A stretch of 63,808 nt of DNA, the filler included, from Bigelowiella natans CCMP2755 (Eukaryota > Protista > Cercozoa): NCBI GenBank assembly GCA_000320545.1. It is 5 parts of 5 records of this genome, joined end to end, with 100 filler letters (N's around TTAATTAATTAA, not from the genome) between each part and the next. Parts side by side here need not be neighbours in the genome. Positions count along the whole stretch, not along the records: positions 52,759 to 61,704 come from ADNK01003582.1; positions 61,805 to 63,808 come from ADNK01002990.1; 3 more parts are not named here. One strand, 5' to 3'. Made by a program: the position numbers and the translations under genes. Numbering within the stretch: the first letter of the stretch is position 1; each line of letters begins with the position of its first letter. Positions 52,915 through 63,808 of the stretch are shown here, piece after piece. The notes below the pieces were generated by a model. That model saw only the letters and a list, made by a program, of their open reading frames with translations, made no database searches and was not told the DNA's origin.

Positions 52915-53349
52915 ATATGCGGAAAACGCGGTACGAGCCCTTGACACACGGCTTCAAAGCATCGAAAAGCTGGAAAAGGCTACCATGGACAAGATGGATA
53001 GGTCAGATTGCCCGCAACGATATGATTTGCCTCTCTGTTTGATGAACATAAGACATTCATATGTCTATGCGTGCAAGGAAGGAATGGAAAGCAATATAGT
53101 TTTTTTATACACAAGAGTAGAGATTGCTTGCAATGCACCCTTTCGTGCGAGTTTTGCGTGCGTGTGTGCGTGTGTGTATGTGCGAGTGCGCGGAAGCGAA
53201 GAGTGATGTTCCTTGGCGTTGATTCACGTTCTCAGCGTTGACCGGCGGATAAACGACGAAAGATCTGCACGACAGCTCTTTCTTGCAGAGTAGGACATTT
53301 AATCAAAAACATCTCCTTCAAACCATTCGATGCCGTCGGGAATATAGCA

Positions 53350-53390
<41 letters not shown>

Positions 53391-53997
53391 ATGCGCTTTT
53401 GAAAAATAAATAATTTACACCTGAAAGAGAGACGGAGCACCGTATATATTCATCTCTATCTAATAGATAAGGTTTCTTGTAAGAGACCCGTCGTCACTCC
53501 CCTCCTTCTCGTCTTTCCAGCTTGCACACTGATTGATGGATGGGTGGGTGGGTGGTTCTTTGCAGGAACGCAGAAGCGCAGAAGCGGGCGCAGTCTGAAA
53601 GAGCACGGCAAATCGAAGTGCTGTATAACCACCGGCGCCATTCCGAGGCCATTCTTGCTAAGATGAAGGGGGTAAGTGTCAGTAGAAGTAGCAGCAGCAG
53701 CAGCAGCACTAGTAGAGGAAGCGATGCCAGCAATACAGGAGCTACTTTCGCCCCTTTTTGGGAGAGATTTCTTGCATGGTGCAGACACGCATAGACCTGC
53801 AATCGAGAGGCCATTGTACAATGGCGTGTCTACTCGGTTTTGAGTACAATCTCTCTTCAAAGTGCCAACTTCCTCCTTTTCACCGTCCCTTTCTACCCCC
53901 TCGCCCCCCCCTCGTAGATTCAAGATAATATTACCTCTACAACGACTTCATTCGTCGAGTCTCTCCGCCAACCATCGCTCTCCCCACACCACTCCGT

Positions 53998-54032
<35 letters not shown>

Positions 54033-54131
54033 CAACGATACGTGCCTACCCCCAATCCTCGTCAATCCGTAATTCTAGATTATCATACTTTTTTCAAAAC
54101 TTTAGTTTCCTTGTGATCCATCCAATTAGGG

Positions 54132-54167
<36 letters not shown>

Positions 54168-54845
54168 CTGCGCGCGCGCGCGCGTGCATTGTGTACAAGG
54201 ATGCTCTCGGCTTCGCCGTGCGGCCGATCATCATCATAGTTTGAGATGAAACCGGATTGGTTCCAAATCTCTAATTTTCTTCATTCGCACTTCCCTCCTC
54301 CAGGATCGCCCATTGTTGCGATGGGTAGAGGGGTAAGATCTCCCGGGATGGTAATGTCGGCAGCCCCTGCCCCCCCTCCTAATGCGGAATATGCTGAAAG
54401 GACACGACAGCATAATCGGTACAAGAAGCAGGAGCAACAATCTCAAAGGCCGCTGCGACACTCAAGCCTACTCTCTTGGACGGGGATTGCAGCACCTGAA
54501 GACGAAGAAGAGGACTCTTCGAGGTATCTTGTCCTCTCAATAACACATGGAAAACGTCCCACATTTTCACTTTTAAGAGGGGGGGGGAGGGGGGGCGGCT
54601 AGGAAAAGGTTTTTTTTATCAGTGTCATTCTTGTAACGTGCCGTTTGTCACATCAACTCGAAATACCATATCTCTCCTATATTCATGGTCATCTTCAAAA
54701 GCAGGAGCAATGTTGCCAGGCCTCATCATTCATCCTCGCGGGCACGAGACAAGAGTGTAGTTTTTTCAGCCTGCCCGTCCCCTGCATGGGAATAGTACGC
54801 AAAGATCACCAAAATGGTCAATTTGGAGGGTATGGAGCGAGCTAA
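52915..54845 (+). CDS. 3' part of a hypothetical coiled-coil protein
   Basis: In-phase exons YAENAVRALDTRLQSIEKLEKATMDKMD|VDRRINDERSARQLFLAE|NAEAQKRAQSERARQIEVLY...KMKG|IQDNIT..., followed by low-complexity exons. Confidence 0.55.
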
Positions 54846-56104
54846 GATGCGAGTCGATTTTTTAAAAAATATTTTATCGTGAATGTGAAAGTTAATGCAT
54901 GTAAAGTATCAGTAGGCAGAAGGGTGCATGATAGAATGCATCAACTAATGCTAGTCTAGTAATCGCGTGCTTGTTTATTCTGGCTCGTGCATGAGTGCTA
55001 AAGAAAATGCCCCTCGCTCTACAATGGCGCTACGCTGTAATTGCAAGCTAGCAAGAGCAATCGTGCTAGCGTGAGTATCAATAAATGATGCTGCATATCG
55101 TCTATTTTTGTCAATCAACCTCTACCTACCTCTTCTCAATATCACAAGGCTATGTAATTCATGCGACACTGTGATTAAGCAATGATAGCAATGTAGACGC
55201 AACGCCTTGAATTTGGTCACCACATTCAAGCACATCATGCAGCGTTGCGCATTGCAACTTATTCAACGAAGGACTATGCTAGCTAGCTAGCTCGGTGATG
55301 TCATGTGCACAGCCGCATATTGCCCACACATGCGCATGCTGGCCAGCTTGCTAGCTTGCGTGCTAGCTAGCTAGCTAGCTAGTTTCACCGATTAGATGGA
55401 TGATTCCGCAGAATGATCAGCTTCAACAAAGTTCGGCTGCAAGCCAATTAATGCCATGATTCTGAGCAATCTTGCAATCTGGCGCCTGACTGCACGCAAC
55501 TGCTCTGCCTGCCACATGCACGTGCTTGTGAGCTAACCAGCTAGTCATCTAGCCACGTACGTGTGCTTCATGTGACAATGTCGACTGTGTGCGCCAGGGC
55601 GAGGTAGCTGCTAGCGCACTGCCTGCAAGCGTTGATGATGACATGCTAGCACGAAAGACCATCCGTTTCAGAATAAGAGAGAGCTGCCATCACAATCTGA
55701 CGACGAGTCGTCTAGCACAACGATCTGGACGAGCTTGCGAGTAGTGGCGGCTGTGAATTGTGAGCCACGACTGTTACGAAAAATTATGCCAATTTGATGC
55801 ACCGCGACAGCGACAATTTCGGGATTCAAAGTTCCCTCGGAGCGGAGCGGTTTCCGTACGATCTTCGTTAATACCGTTGTCGCAGATGCCATTCGACATT
55901 CGTTAAGATGTTTTCGGTCATTATTTCTAATTATAGCCGCTCGATTTTAGTCGCAGAGGCGGTTGCAGTAACGAAAAAAAAACCTCGTCTAGCCGTACTC
56001 ACCCCTATCCAAGCTCCGCCGACGATCCGAGGTTTGATGCCGTTGAGCACGACTGTGTAGTCGTTGGAGAAAAAGAGGATGGTTCAAGCCACTCATTCTC
56101 GGGG

Positions 56105-58840
56105 ATGAAGGTCTCAGGTCCTGTTAGTGAGAGAAAAAGGCCGGAAACGGCCGCACCGCACCTTGAAAACCCAGGGGAGGGTTCTGAGAATCAATGGCGT
56201 ATTGCTTGCTTGGATTGGATAGCAAATAAAGGGAGAGGACTTCTCTTCGTTTCCGCGCTATTCATTGTTGTGTCTGGGTCATTCCTTTTCGGTGTCGCTA
56301 ACCTTGTGGCTTTCCCTGGAGTGACCTCGCGGACCTGGCCGGCCACAGCAGCTCTGCTCCACGCGCTGCTGTTCTTAATCGAGTTCCTGATTTCCCCAGA
56401 GAGCATCTATACGATGGCACAAGAATAACGACGACACCCTGGATTACATCAGGCACGCGAGCGCGTGCGGCTCGATATTCTTCCAGAAGTTGTGACGGAC
56501 TACGCGGTCACCAGAAGCGTGAGTGCATGGGTTTGGGCTTATTCCTGGTTATTTGGCCTGGTTGTTTACATGCTCATCTGCGTTGTTCCCACTTGTACAT
56601 TGGTCAGCGAGCTGGGATGGGGCCGCGGTCACATTTTAAATAAAGTATTTATATGGTCAATCATTCTGGGATCTAATGCGTCTATGAGCTTGGCTGTCGT
56701 GTTTTGGCCGATTTCCAGACAGGTAGTCATATTGCTCATTATCGTACTTTGATGTAGTTCAATTATGTTTTGGCGTGTATACTTGTTGGTTGGGGGGCCG
56801 AATTTAGAGCCACATCCAAAGCGGACATTCTTTTTTGGCCATGATTATTACTTCCACCCTGAAAACCTAGCCGCACTCCTCCATGGGATGAACTACAATT
56901 GTGCTTTCAATCGCACAGGTCAATAATATCTGCGTGGACATAGCTTCTGCAGCGGGATTTACCGGCTTTATATACCTTGCAATATTTAGCAAGTGGCTGT
57001 CCTCCCATAAAGCGGCGTATATACTCTATACCTGCTTGATAGCGTTTTCAACTCGAGTTTTAGGCACGATAGTCTTCAATTTCACATCGTACAGCGGTGG
57101 TGTCCTGCTCGCAGGTTTATCACAAATTGTTTTTGCAAAGTTGCTCTATTCTGTCAGCCTCTTCTTGTTCGGTGAGATGCTGGACAATGTGGATCTTCCT
57201 CCAGAGAAAAGATGCGCCATGCTGTTTATGCTGCAGTTTGGCGAGGTTGCACTTTCTGATTAATGAAAATATCATATTGTGCGTTAATGTGTTGCGTGAA
57301 CATCCCCGCTTTATGTCTCCCTTTCCCCCTCCCTTTCATCTTTCTCTCTTTCTCATTCGAACGTTTTATCGAATGAATTTTGAAAAAGTATGAGCTTTGT
57401 GTTGTGTGTCTGTGTGTGTTTGTCTGCATGGGACGGGGCGCAGGACTTTAGTGTGAGCGCGATCTTCTCCACGATCAAGCTCACGGGCCAGTTCGCCGCC
57501 ATTCTACTTTTGGTGACAGCCTTCGCATCCCTGAGAGCGTCCGGGTTTTTGAGTGAGCACTGGTCGCGCATCGTGAAAGGAAATACCTGCCCCCACAAGT
57601 ACTGTTTAACAGCTCCCACCACTACCAAGAACAACAACAAAAACAACTTGTACTACTGCTGCTGCTGCTACTACTACTACTACTACATTACTACTACATT
57701 ACTACTATGACTCACGCATTGCCTCTCTTTACTCTCCAGAATGATGCAGTACATGGATAAAGCGTTCCGATATCAGGAGCAGGGGATGGTATCAGACTGC
57801 CTGGCTTGTTGCGCTGTTGCTGCTGTGGTAAGTGTAGATTTTTGAGGAATAAATAGACCAATTGCCGAACTCGCTGCTTAATTTTAAGGATGCAGAAACT
57901 GCCTAATTTCTCAGTGTTGGGTGCATGCATCGCCAGATGGCAACCCCTTTCATCTTCTTCATATTTCGTATTATCGCTTATACTAATGGGGGGGAGAGCA
58001 AACGCCGTTAACGTCACACGAACTGTCAAGGTTATGTCCGAGTTTCTGCTCGCGGATGAAGTATCACCAGGCCGCAAGCGCAGGTTCACTCGCAAAATAG
58101 CGAGGAAAGATGATATCATCCACGATACGATATGGGTGCTCCTGGTCATGATTGTAGTCCAATTTATTCGTTGCGGCATCTGCTCGATATGGCTGAGGCA
58201 GCGCTTGGCTCGGCTGCAGAAGGTCCATCTGAATGCAATGCTTGGCGCCGCTGATAGCGGGAAGCGTTCTGTCGAGATGGGGTCGCTGCGAAATCTAGAG
58301 AGTCGGGACGCGGAAAGGCCTGAGGAGAAAGAGGACAAAGATGACTCGAAATCGCAAGGCAATTCAGTGGGGGATGCAGCTTCGATCGCTAATACCCATG
58401 CCAAGTCGCCGTCAGTTCGGACTATATTTCCCAAATTTCCTGAGCAATCCAATGAGGGGCCTCGCATAGAAACGCCACCACATTTTGAGGGTGATGAAAG
58501 AGATGTTCCAGAACGAGCGCCTCGAGAGATACCGAGTCCTGAGACTCCTAAACGGGGCAGGGAGCTCCATGTGGAAGGGCAGCGCGTATCATCTATTGGG
58601 GGGATTCCTAATAAATTTAGATCCAATACAATTTCAGAGGTTAACATAACTTCGATGATGAGCTCTGAGAAAGGGCTGGGAAGGCATAGGCACAAGCGGG
58701 CATCGCTACTTGCCCGCACGAGCGTTGCCAATTCCTCAGATCAGCACTGGCGTGAGAATTACATCCTCTTCCTAGCAGCAATTGCTTCGATCATAACGGG
58801 CGTTAGGTACTGGCAAGCAGAGTATTCCGATGGGGAATAG
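56105..58840 (+). CDS. multi-pass membrane protein of unknown family
   Basis: Successive hydrophobic ORFs at 56105-56428, 56465-56721 and 56939-57245. The last exon has a transmembrane helix, a long hydrophilic loop and a terminal transmembrane helix (YILFLAAIASIITGVRYW). Confidence 0.7.
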
Positions 58841-59426
58841 TGCGACAGTGTCACAGTTCCTCGCCATGAGAATGTTACAGAGACAACTAAATGTAGCCAC
58901 AGTCAAGCATGATTCAAATCTTTAAACCGGCTACACCACATGAGCGCATGACGCACTTCTGTTCGAGACAGACTAGCGCGCAAAAGCTAACGTTGATGCA
59001 TTAGAGTTTTTGTCGGGCCGGCCGACTACATCCAAAGTACTCCAAAGTGCGTCTTCAATCAATGGGTGTCAAATGCTAGTGCACTCGTCCATTTCCGTGA
59101 CTTGGGTTGAGTTGATGCCATGTCTAGTCTGTAGCCCGTGCGAGCCCAATGAATTCACTGATATGCAAACATTGCTCGTTGCACTGCTGCTGCTCGGCAT
59201 GAAATCACGCGCGTCTACGTGCACGTAGCTGTGAGAACGCTTTGTAGCACTCATTGCTACATTGCTACATTGCTACAATGAAAACCAGCGTAAGTAGCCA
59301 GTACGCATTGTATCCCGGCATTGTATGTGCTAGTAATTTGCTGCAATATCTTGTTTACTTCAACTAATAACTTAAGTACATATGTACGACAAAGCTAGTA
59401 AATTAGTAGTAAATAGCGGCCAACCC

Positions 59427-60403
59427 TTACTTTCCCCAGGCGGGCCTTTTGCCGCTGTTATCCCTTGCAGCATTAGTCGATGAATGTACCTCCACGCTCG
59501 GAGTTATGCTGCTGCTGCTGCTGCAGCTATTCTCCGGCAGCGTTGATTTCAGCTGATGTGAGGTATCAACGCTGCCATGGGCAGTAATGGCTGAACTTGA
59601 TGATTTTGCAGAGGTGACGATATTTGACGATGGTTCTTTCGCAATTTCATCTCCCCTTTTGCATTCTGAGCTTCTTTCCTCGATGGCGGTATCCTTGCCC
59701 AGCTCCTCCTGCTTAGAGAGAAAGCTAGAGTTAATGGTCATTTCAAAATCTGGTGCTCCGCACGCGGGGGGGGGGGGGCGGGAGAAAACACCCTTTTGCC
59801 ATGCGTTATGGTGCAATTCCTGGATGGTTGGGTGAGAAGTGGCGTTTGCTGTCGAACTCCCTCAGAAGGCTTTGACTTGCAAAAAATAGCGAATAACAGG
59901 GCGTTCTCCTCTGATATGGGAAATTTGAGCTTTGCCTCCATCTTTTCGATCCATTCCTCTTCTAGGTTTTCGGACGGCACGTACACGTAGCACTGTATAT
60001 AGATGTGTGTTTTGGATGAAGCGGGGGGGGGCGGAGAGGGGGGAGCATAAGCCTTGCACGTGTTTAATGTAATATGAATATCACTGCGTCGTTACTTTCT
60101 ATCTATAATACTCCTCCCTCCCCCCCCTTCTCTCCCCCACGTCATCGTCTTTCACATATACTTTCAGCTGGTGTGATTGCAGAATCCGCTTGCTCATTAC
60201 TCCGGCCTTCCTCTCCGCAAAGCGCTCCTCCAACTCTCCGAGCGTTGGGGTCGTGAATACCATGACGTGTCGGTTGGTTCCCTCGTATTTCAAGCAATCC
60301 CAGAGGTACGGCCACACTTCATCCCACGCAGCCCAGCCGTAGATCTCGAGCTGGGGGAAGGGAAGGGGGGGGGGGGGGAGATCCGGCGTTGCATATTGGT
60401 ATA

Positions 60404-60441
<38 letters not shown>

Positions 60442-60920
60442 ACACATTAATAACAAATGTATAAATGACAGCACCTTCCGCGGAAGGAATCCCATGTTTT
60501 TCTCCTTTCCGTACTCCAAATCCCATACAGAGCCCTGCGCGACAAGGATGGATGAGAGGGGGGGGTAGGAGCGCGTCATCACGCATTGCTGGATTCTTGT
60601 TCATCCTCACCATCTTGACCACGGTGGGCTTTAGCATAACAGATTCAAGGAATGCACCTCTGCTTTTTTTGTCATCACGCGATATCGGATAAGGTTCGGC
60701 TCGGTTGATATATCTCTATTGCTGCTGTGCAAGCGTGCGACAAGGAGGGGATGGTATGCGACAAGGAGGGGATGGTATACGTTATCGGTGTTGCTTATGA
60801 TGTATATAGTACCCATTTCAGCGTCTTCTCGCTGATGACCAACTGCCATGTCACTGACTTTTCCGGCTAATTATCACGGGACGAAGAGTGTGGTGAGGGC
60901 GTTCATAGCGAGAGAGGAGG

Positions 60921-60965
<45 letters not shown>

Positions 60966-60975
60966 GAAAGAGAGG

Positions 60976-61010
<35 letters not shown>

Positions 61011-61680
61011 GCGCATGATCTATAACACATTTGCCACGAAAATACACCTTTTCCTTCGTCTCAAGCCCCTCTCCAATCGAAGCTCCATTCTCACATCTGG
61101 CTCGCGTTCCTACTGATGACGACGGTATCGCCCTCGACGAAGACGGCAGGCGCGAAGATCTCAGTGAGTGTCCTTCCTTTACACCCCTCACCACACCCCC
61201 CTCCATTGTGGATTGAACGAGTGTCTTCGGAAACGACGCGGTGGGGGCAGAGGCCGAAGAGAAGGCCTCGCTTCGCCGCGTGAAGATTTGTTGGTGCTCC
61301 TGCGCGTTTGGTGCAGCGTCGAGCCTCCTTATCACCACATCCTCGCTTCCTCGATACGGTATAGAGCCTGATCTCGGCAGTGTGTGTGGATGGGGCGGAG
61401 GCCGAGGGGCGGGGGGGGGGAGAGGAGGACGCGCAGTTGAGGCGGAGACTGGTAGGTTCGCCACATCGTCCTGCTGTCGCAAACAAGATTGTTTCAGGAG
61501 GGGAAGCTAGCTTCGGGGGGGAGGAAAGAAAGGCTGCGGGGGAACCCCCACTTAAATTCCTATTCATCCCAAGTTTTCCCAAGCATCTTTGCTCACTTAC
61601 GGTGATGGAGAGATCCAGCCTCACGCGTCGGCTCTGACGATGCTTCGAGGAGAACATTGCATAGTAGTCGTGTAGGGTTT
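59427..61680 (-). CDS. hypothetical protein with a possible SPOC-like domain (3' part)
   Basis: Spliced VTWQLVISEK...GFLPRK|LEIYGWAAWDEVWPYLWDCLK...VMVFTT...ERFAERKAGVM...YVPSE, flanked by S/P-rich regions. The resemblance to PHF3/DIDO/Bye1 SPOC is by eye only. Confidence 0.45.
60736..60777. repeat. perfect 21-nt tandem duplication (TGCGACAAGGAGGGGATGGTA x2)
   Basis: Directly visible; probably intronic. Confidence 0.9.
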
Positions 61681-61704
61681 TTGAGGCGCTGAGGAGGGGA
61701 ACGA

Positions 61705-61804
61705 NNNNNNNNNNNNNNNNNNNNNNNNNNNNNNNNNNNNNNNNNNNNTTAATTAATTAANNNNNNNNNNNNNNNNNNNNNNNNNNNNNNNNNNNNNNNN
61801 NNNN
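61705..61804. other. artificial assembly linker/gap
   Basis: 44 N + TTAATTAATTAA + 44 N. Confidence 0.97.
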
Positions 61805-61892
61805 GACAGAAACCCACAGATCTGATCTGCTTATTTCCTCTAGCGCTCGCGTGATATCCTCGTCAATCGAAGGCACCTACGACATCATCATC

Positions 61893-61975
<83 letters not shown>

Positions 61976-62583
61976 TACATTATACACAACACCGGAAAAT
62001 ATAGAGCAGATTTGCTGGGGTGCACAACACCTACTACTACTACCACTACTACCTGCGCGGAGGAGGCCGAGTTGAAGGCAAAGGAAAGGAGCAGGGAGAG
62101 CGGCACAACGGACAGGCCATATGCGAATACGAGGAGATATGTCGCCCATGCTCTCGTCGGGGTTCCGATGAACTCCGTGTTTCCTAACAAATGCAATACA
62201 ACACAGCAGCACAGAGGCCATCGCAGCAGGGAACGACGATGATAAGAGCGCCAGCAGCAGCACGAGTGTACTCCAACAAGACATACTCAAAATCGCTCTC
62301 CAGTCTTCATAGAGGACGGAATTAGCGACCCCCCCCTCACCTTCCCCGTCTCTAGCATCTTTCCCCGTGGGCGGGGTACATGAGAAATCGACGAATCGCT
62401 AGTTGTGGTGGTAGTACCGTATGCTATGAGAACGATGATGAAGACAGCATCGATGATTGCTACACACATCACGTCCCACGACAGCGCGGTGATCCAGTAC
62501 TGGAACGGTGTTACCCCCGATACGAAATGGACGTGCTTCACGTGGAGCTCTCGCTCGCGCACCTGCCAGGCCAGGGGAGAATG

Positions 62584-62623
<40 letters not shown>

Positions 62624-62641
62624 TGTTTGATATGTATAATC

Positions 62642-62680
<39 letters not shown>

Positions 62681-63365
62681 TATATGTGCAACGACTGAAC
62701 CCCCCCCCCTCCCACACCACTCACCCAGAACATGGCGAGCGTCCCCGGCAGGTAGCAGAAGGGAAGCAGCAGGAAGAGCGCCGCGAAGAGCGTGAGCAGC
62801 GTGTCGATGTACATGCTGGCGATCTTGGTGAGGGGGAGGGGGTGGTTGCGCACGCGGACATACGCGTCTGGTCCCTTGGCGCTCCGCAGCCGCGCCTGAT
62901 GCAGCTCATTGAGGCCGACGGGCAGCGCGTGGTAGTAGGTGCTGTTGTGCAGGATCGTCGCGGGCACAACGCCCTTCCATGCGACTTTCGGCGACGATGA
63001 CGATGACGACGACGGGGAAGATGAAGAAGAAGAAGATGATGATGAGGAGGAGGAGGAGGCGGCGGCGGTGGTAGATGTAGCCGCCAGCATCCTTTCGCTC
63101 CGAGCATCAGATTCTTCATCGTATCGTCCTAGTTGGGGTTGCTGTTGTCCTTCTTCTTCTTCTTCTTCTTCTTCTTGTTGTTGTTGTAGCTCTACCGTTT
63201 GGTGTGTGCTGGTGGCACTCCTTCCCCTTTGACCCCTGCGTCTTCTTCTATCCGTACGTGGGGCCTGCACGCCCTGGAGGAGTGCTGTGATGATCTTGTA
63301 TCTGGTGGGAGTAGTTGTAGCAGCAGTAACACAGCAGAAGGTTAAATACGACATATAATGTAACA

Positions 63366-63397
<32 letters not shown>

Positions 63398-63759
63398 TGT
63401 TTATGTACATTTTCATATTGCCCTCTTTCCCCTCTCTCTTATCCACTTTTGTTGATAGGTTGTATCCCCCCCCCCCCCTCCCCCTCCTCCTACTTACTGG
63501 ATGACATTGACATCGTAGTAGATCTGGTCGGAGACGGTGATGGTGAGCGTGTCGTTGGGGACGTACGCGTCCACGCGCGCCGACATTCGATTGTGCTTAT
63601 GCACCTTTTCCAGCAATTCATAGCTGACGTTGTAGCTGGTGAGGCCTGACGTATTCACCACGCTAAAGCCCGATCCAGATGTTATATACTGCGCGGTGTC
63701 CACGCCGAGCTGCTGCCACGGCCCTGCGAACGTCGATTGGAGGTGAGGTCGCAACAGTG

Positions 63760-63805
<46 letters not shown>

Positions 63806-63808
63806 TGT
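61805..63808 (-). CDS. ABC transporter subfamily A, membrane-domain fragment
   Basis: LHNSTYYHALPVGLNEL...VRNHPLP...PFCYLPGTLAMFW|VRERELHVKHVHFVSGVTPFQYWITALSWD...LLVFAYGLSVVPLSLLLSFAFNSASSAQ are characteristic ABCA second-transmembrane-domain motifs. Confidence 0.9.

Noticed and set aside
44029-56452. Reassigned stop codons (alternative genetic code) to explain in-frame TGA/TAA
   Set aside because: Long conserved exons (kinase, GST, SpoU) have no internal stops, TAG/TGA/TAA all end genes normally, and short introns explain both cases.
57712-58731. 339-aa antisense ORF overlapping the membrane-protein exon
   Set aside because: It is the S/L/P-rich shadow of the plus-strand coding exon with no independent motif. 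The same applies to antisense ORFs over the kinase and GST.

Overview
This is intron-rich eukaryotic nuclear DNA, not prokaryotic. It consists of five segments joined by artificial 100-nt linkers (44 N + TTAATTAATTAA + 44 N), so gene adjacency across a linker is not guaranteed. Most entries in the ORF track are noise from intronic microsatellites, so I rebuilt genes by hand from GT/GC-AG boundaries and reading phase; most exon limits are approximate. Recognisable genes are an algal CPYC-type glutathione S-transferase with a bipartite targeting leader, a Nudix hydrolase, an OSR1/SPAK-like STE20 kinase, the 3' end of a TARBP1/Trm3-like SpoU methyltransferase, and fragments of an inositol monophosphatase and an ABCA transporter. 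Two large split genes are invisible in the ORF track and are the most interesting items. The first is an ~11 kb minus-strand gene that appears to join a signal/transit leader, three Tudor-like repeats, PPR-like repeats and a ubiquitin-like domain. The second is a ~9.7 kb secreted mosaic adhesin/lectin-like gene built from about 30 very short exons. The kinase carries a ~73-aa insertion in its N-lobe and three RFxV/I docking motifs spaced exactly 17 aa apart. Regions downstream of stop codons are repeatedly rich in CTAG/CATG/TGCA palindromes. Bipartite leaders, PT-repeat proteins and intron style suggest an alga with a secondary plastid, possibly a chlorarachniophyte; this is inference only. 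No rRNA, tRNA, CRISPR array or transposase was recognised.
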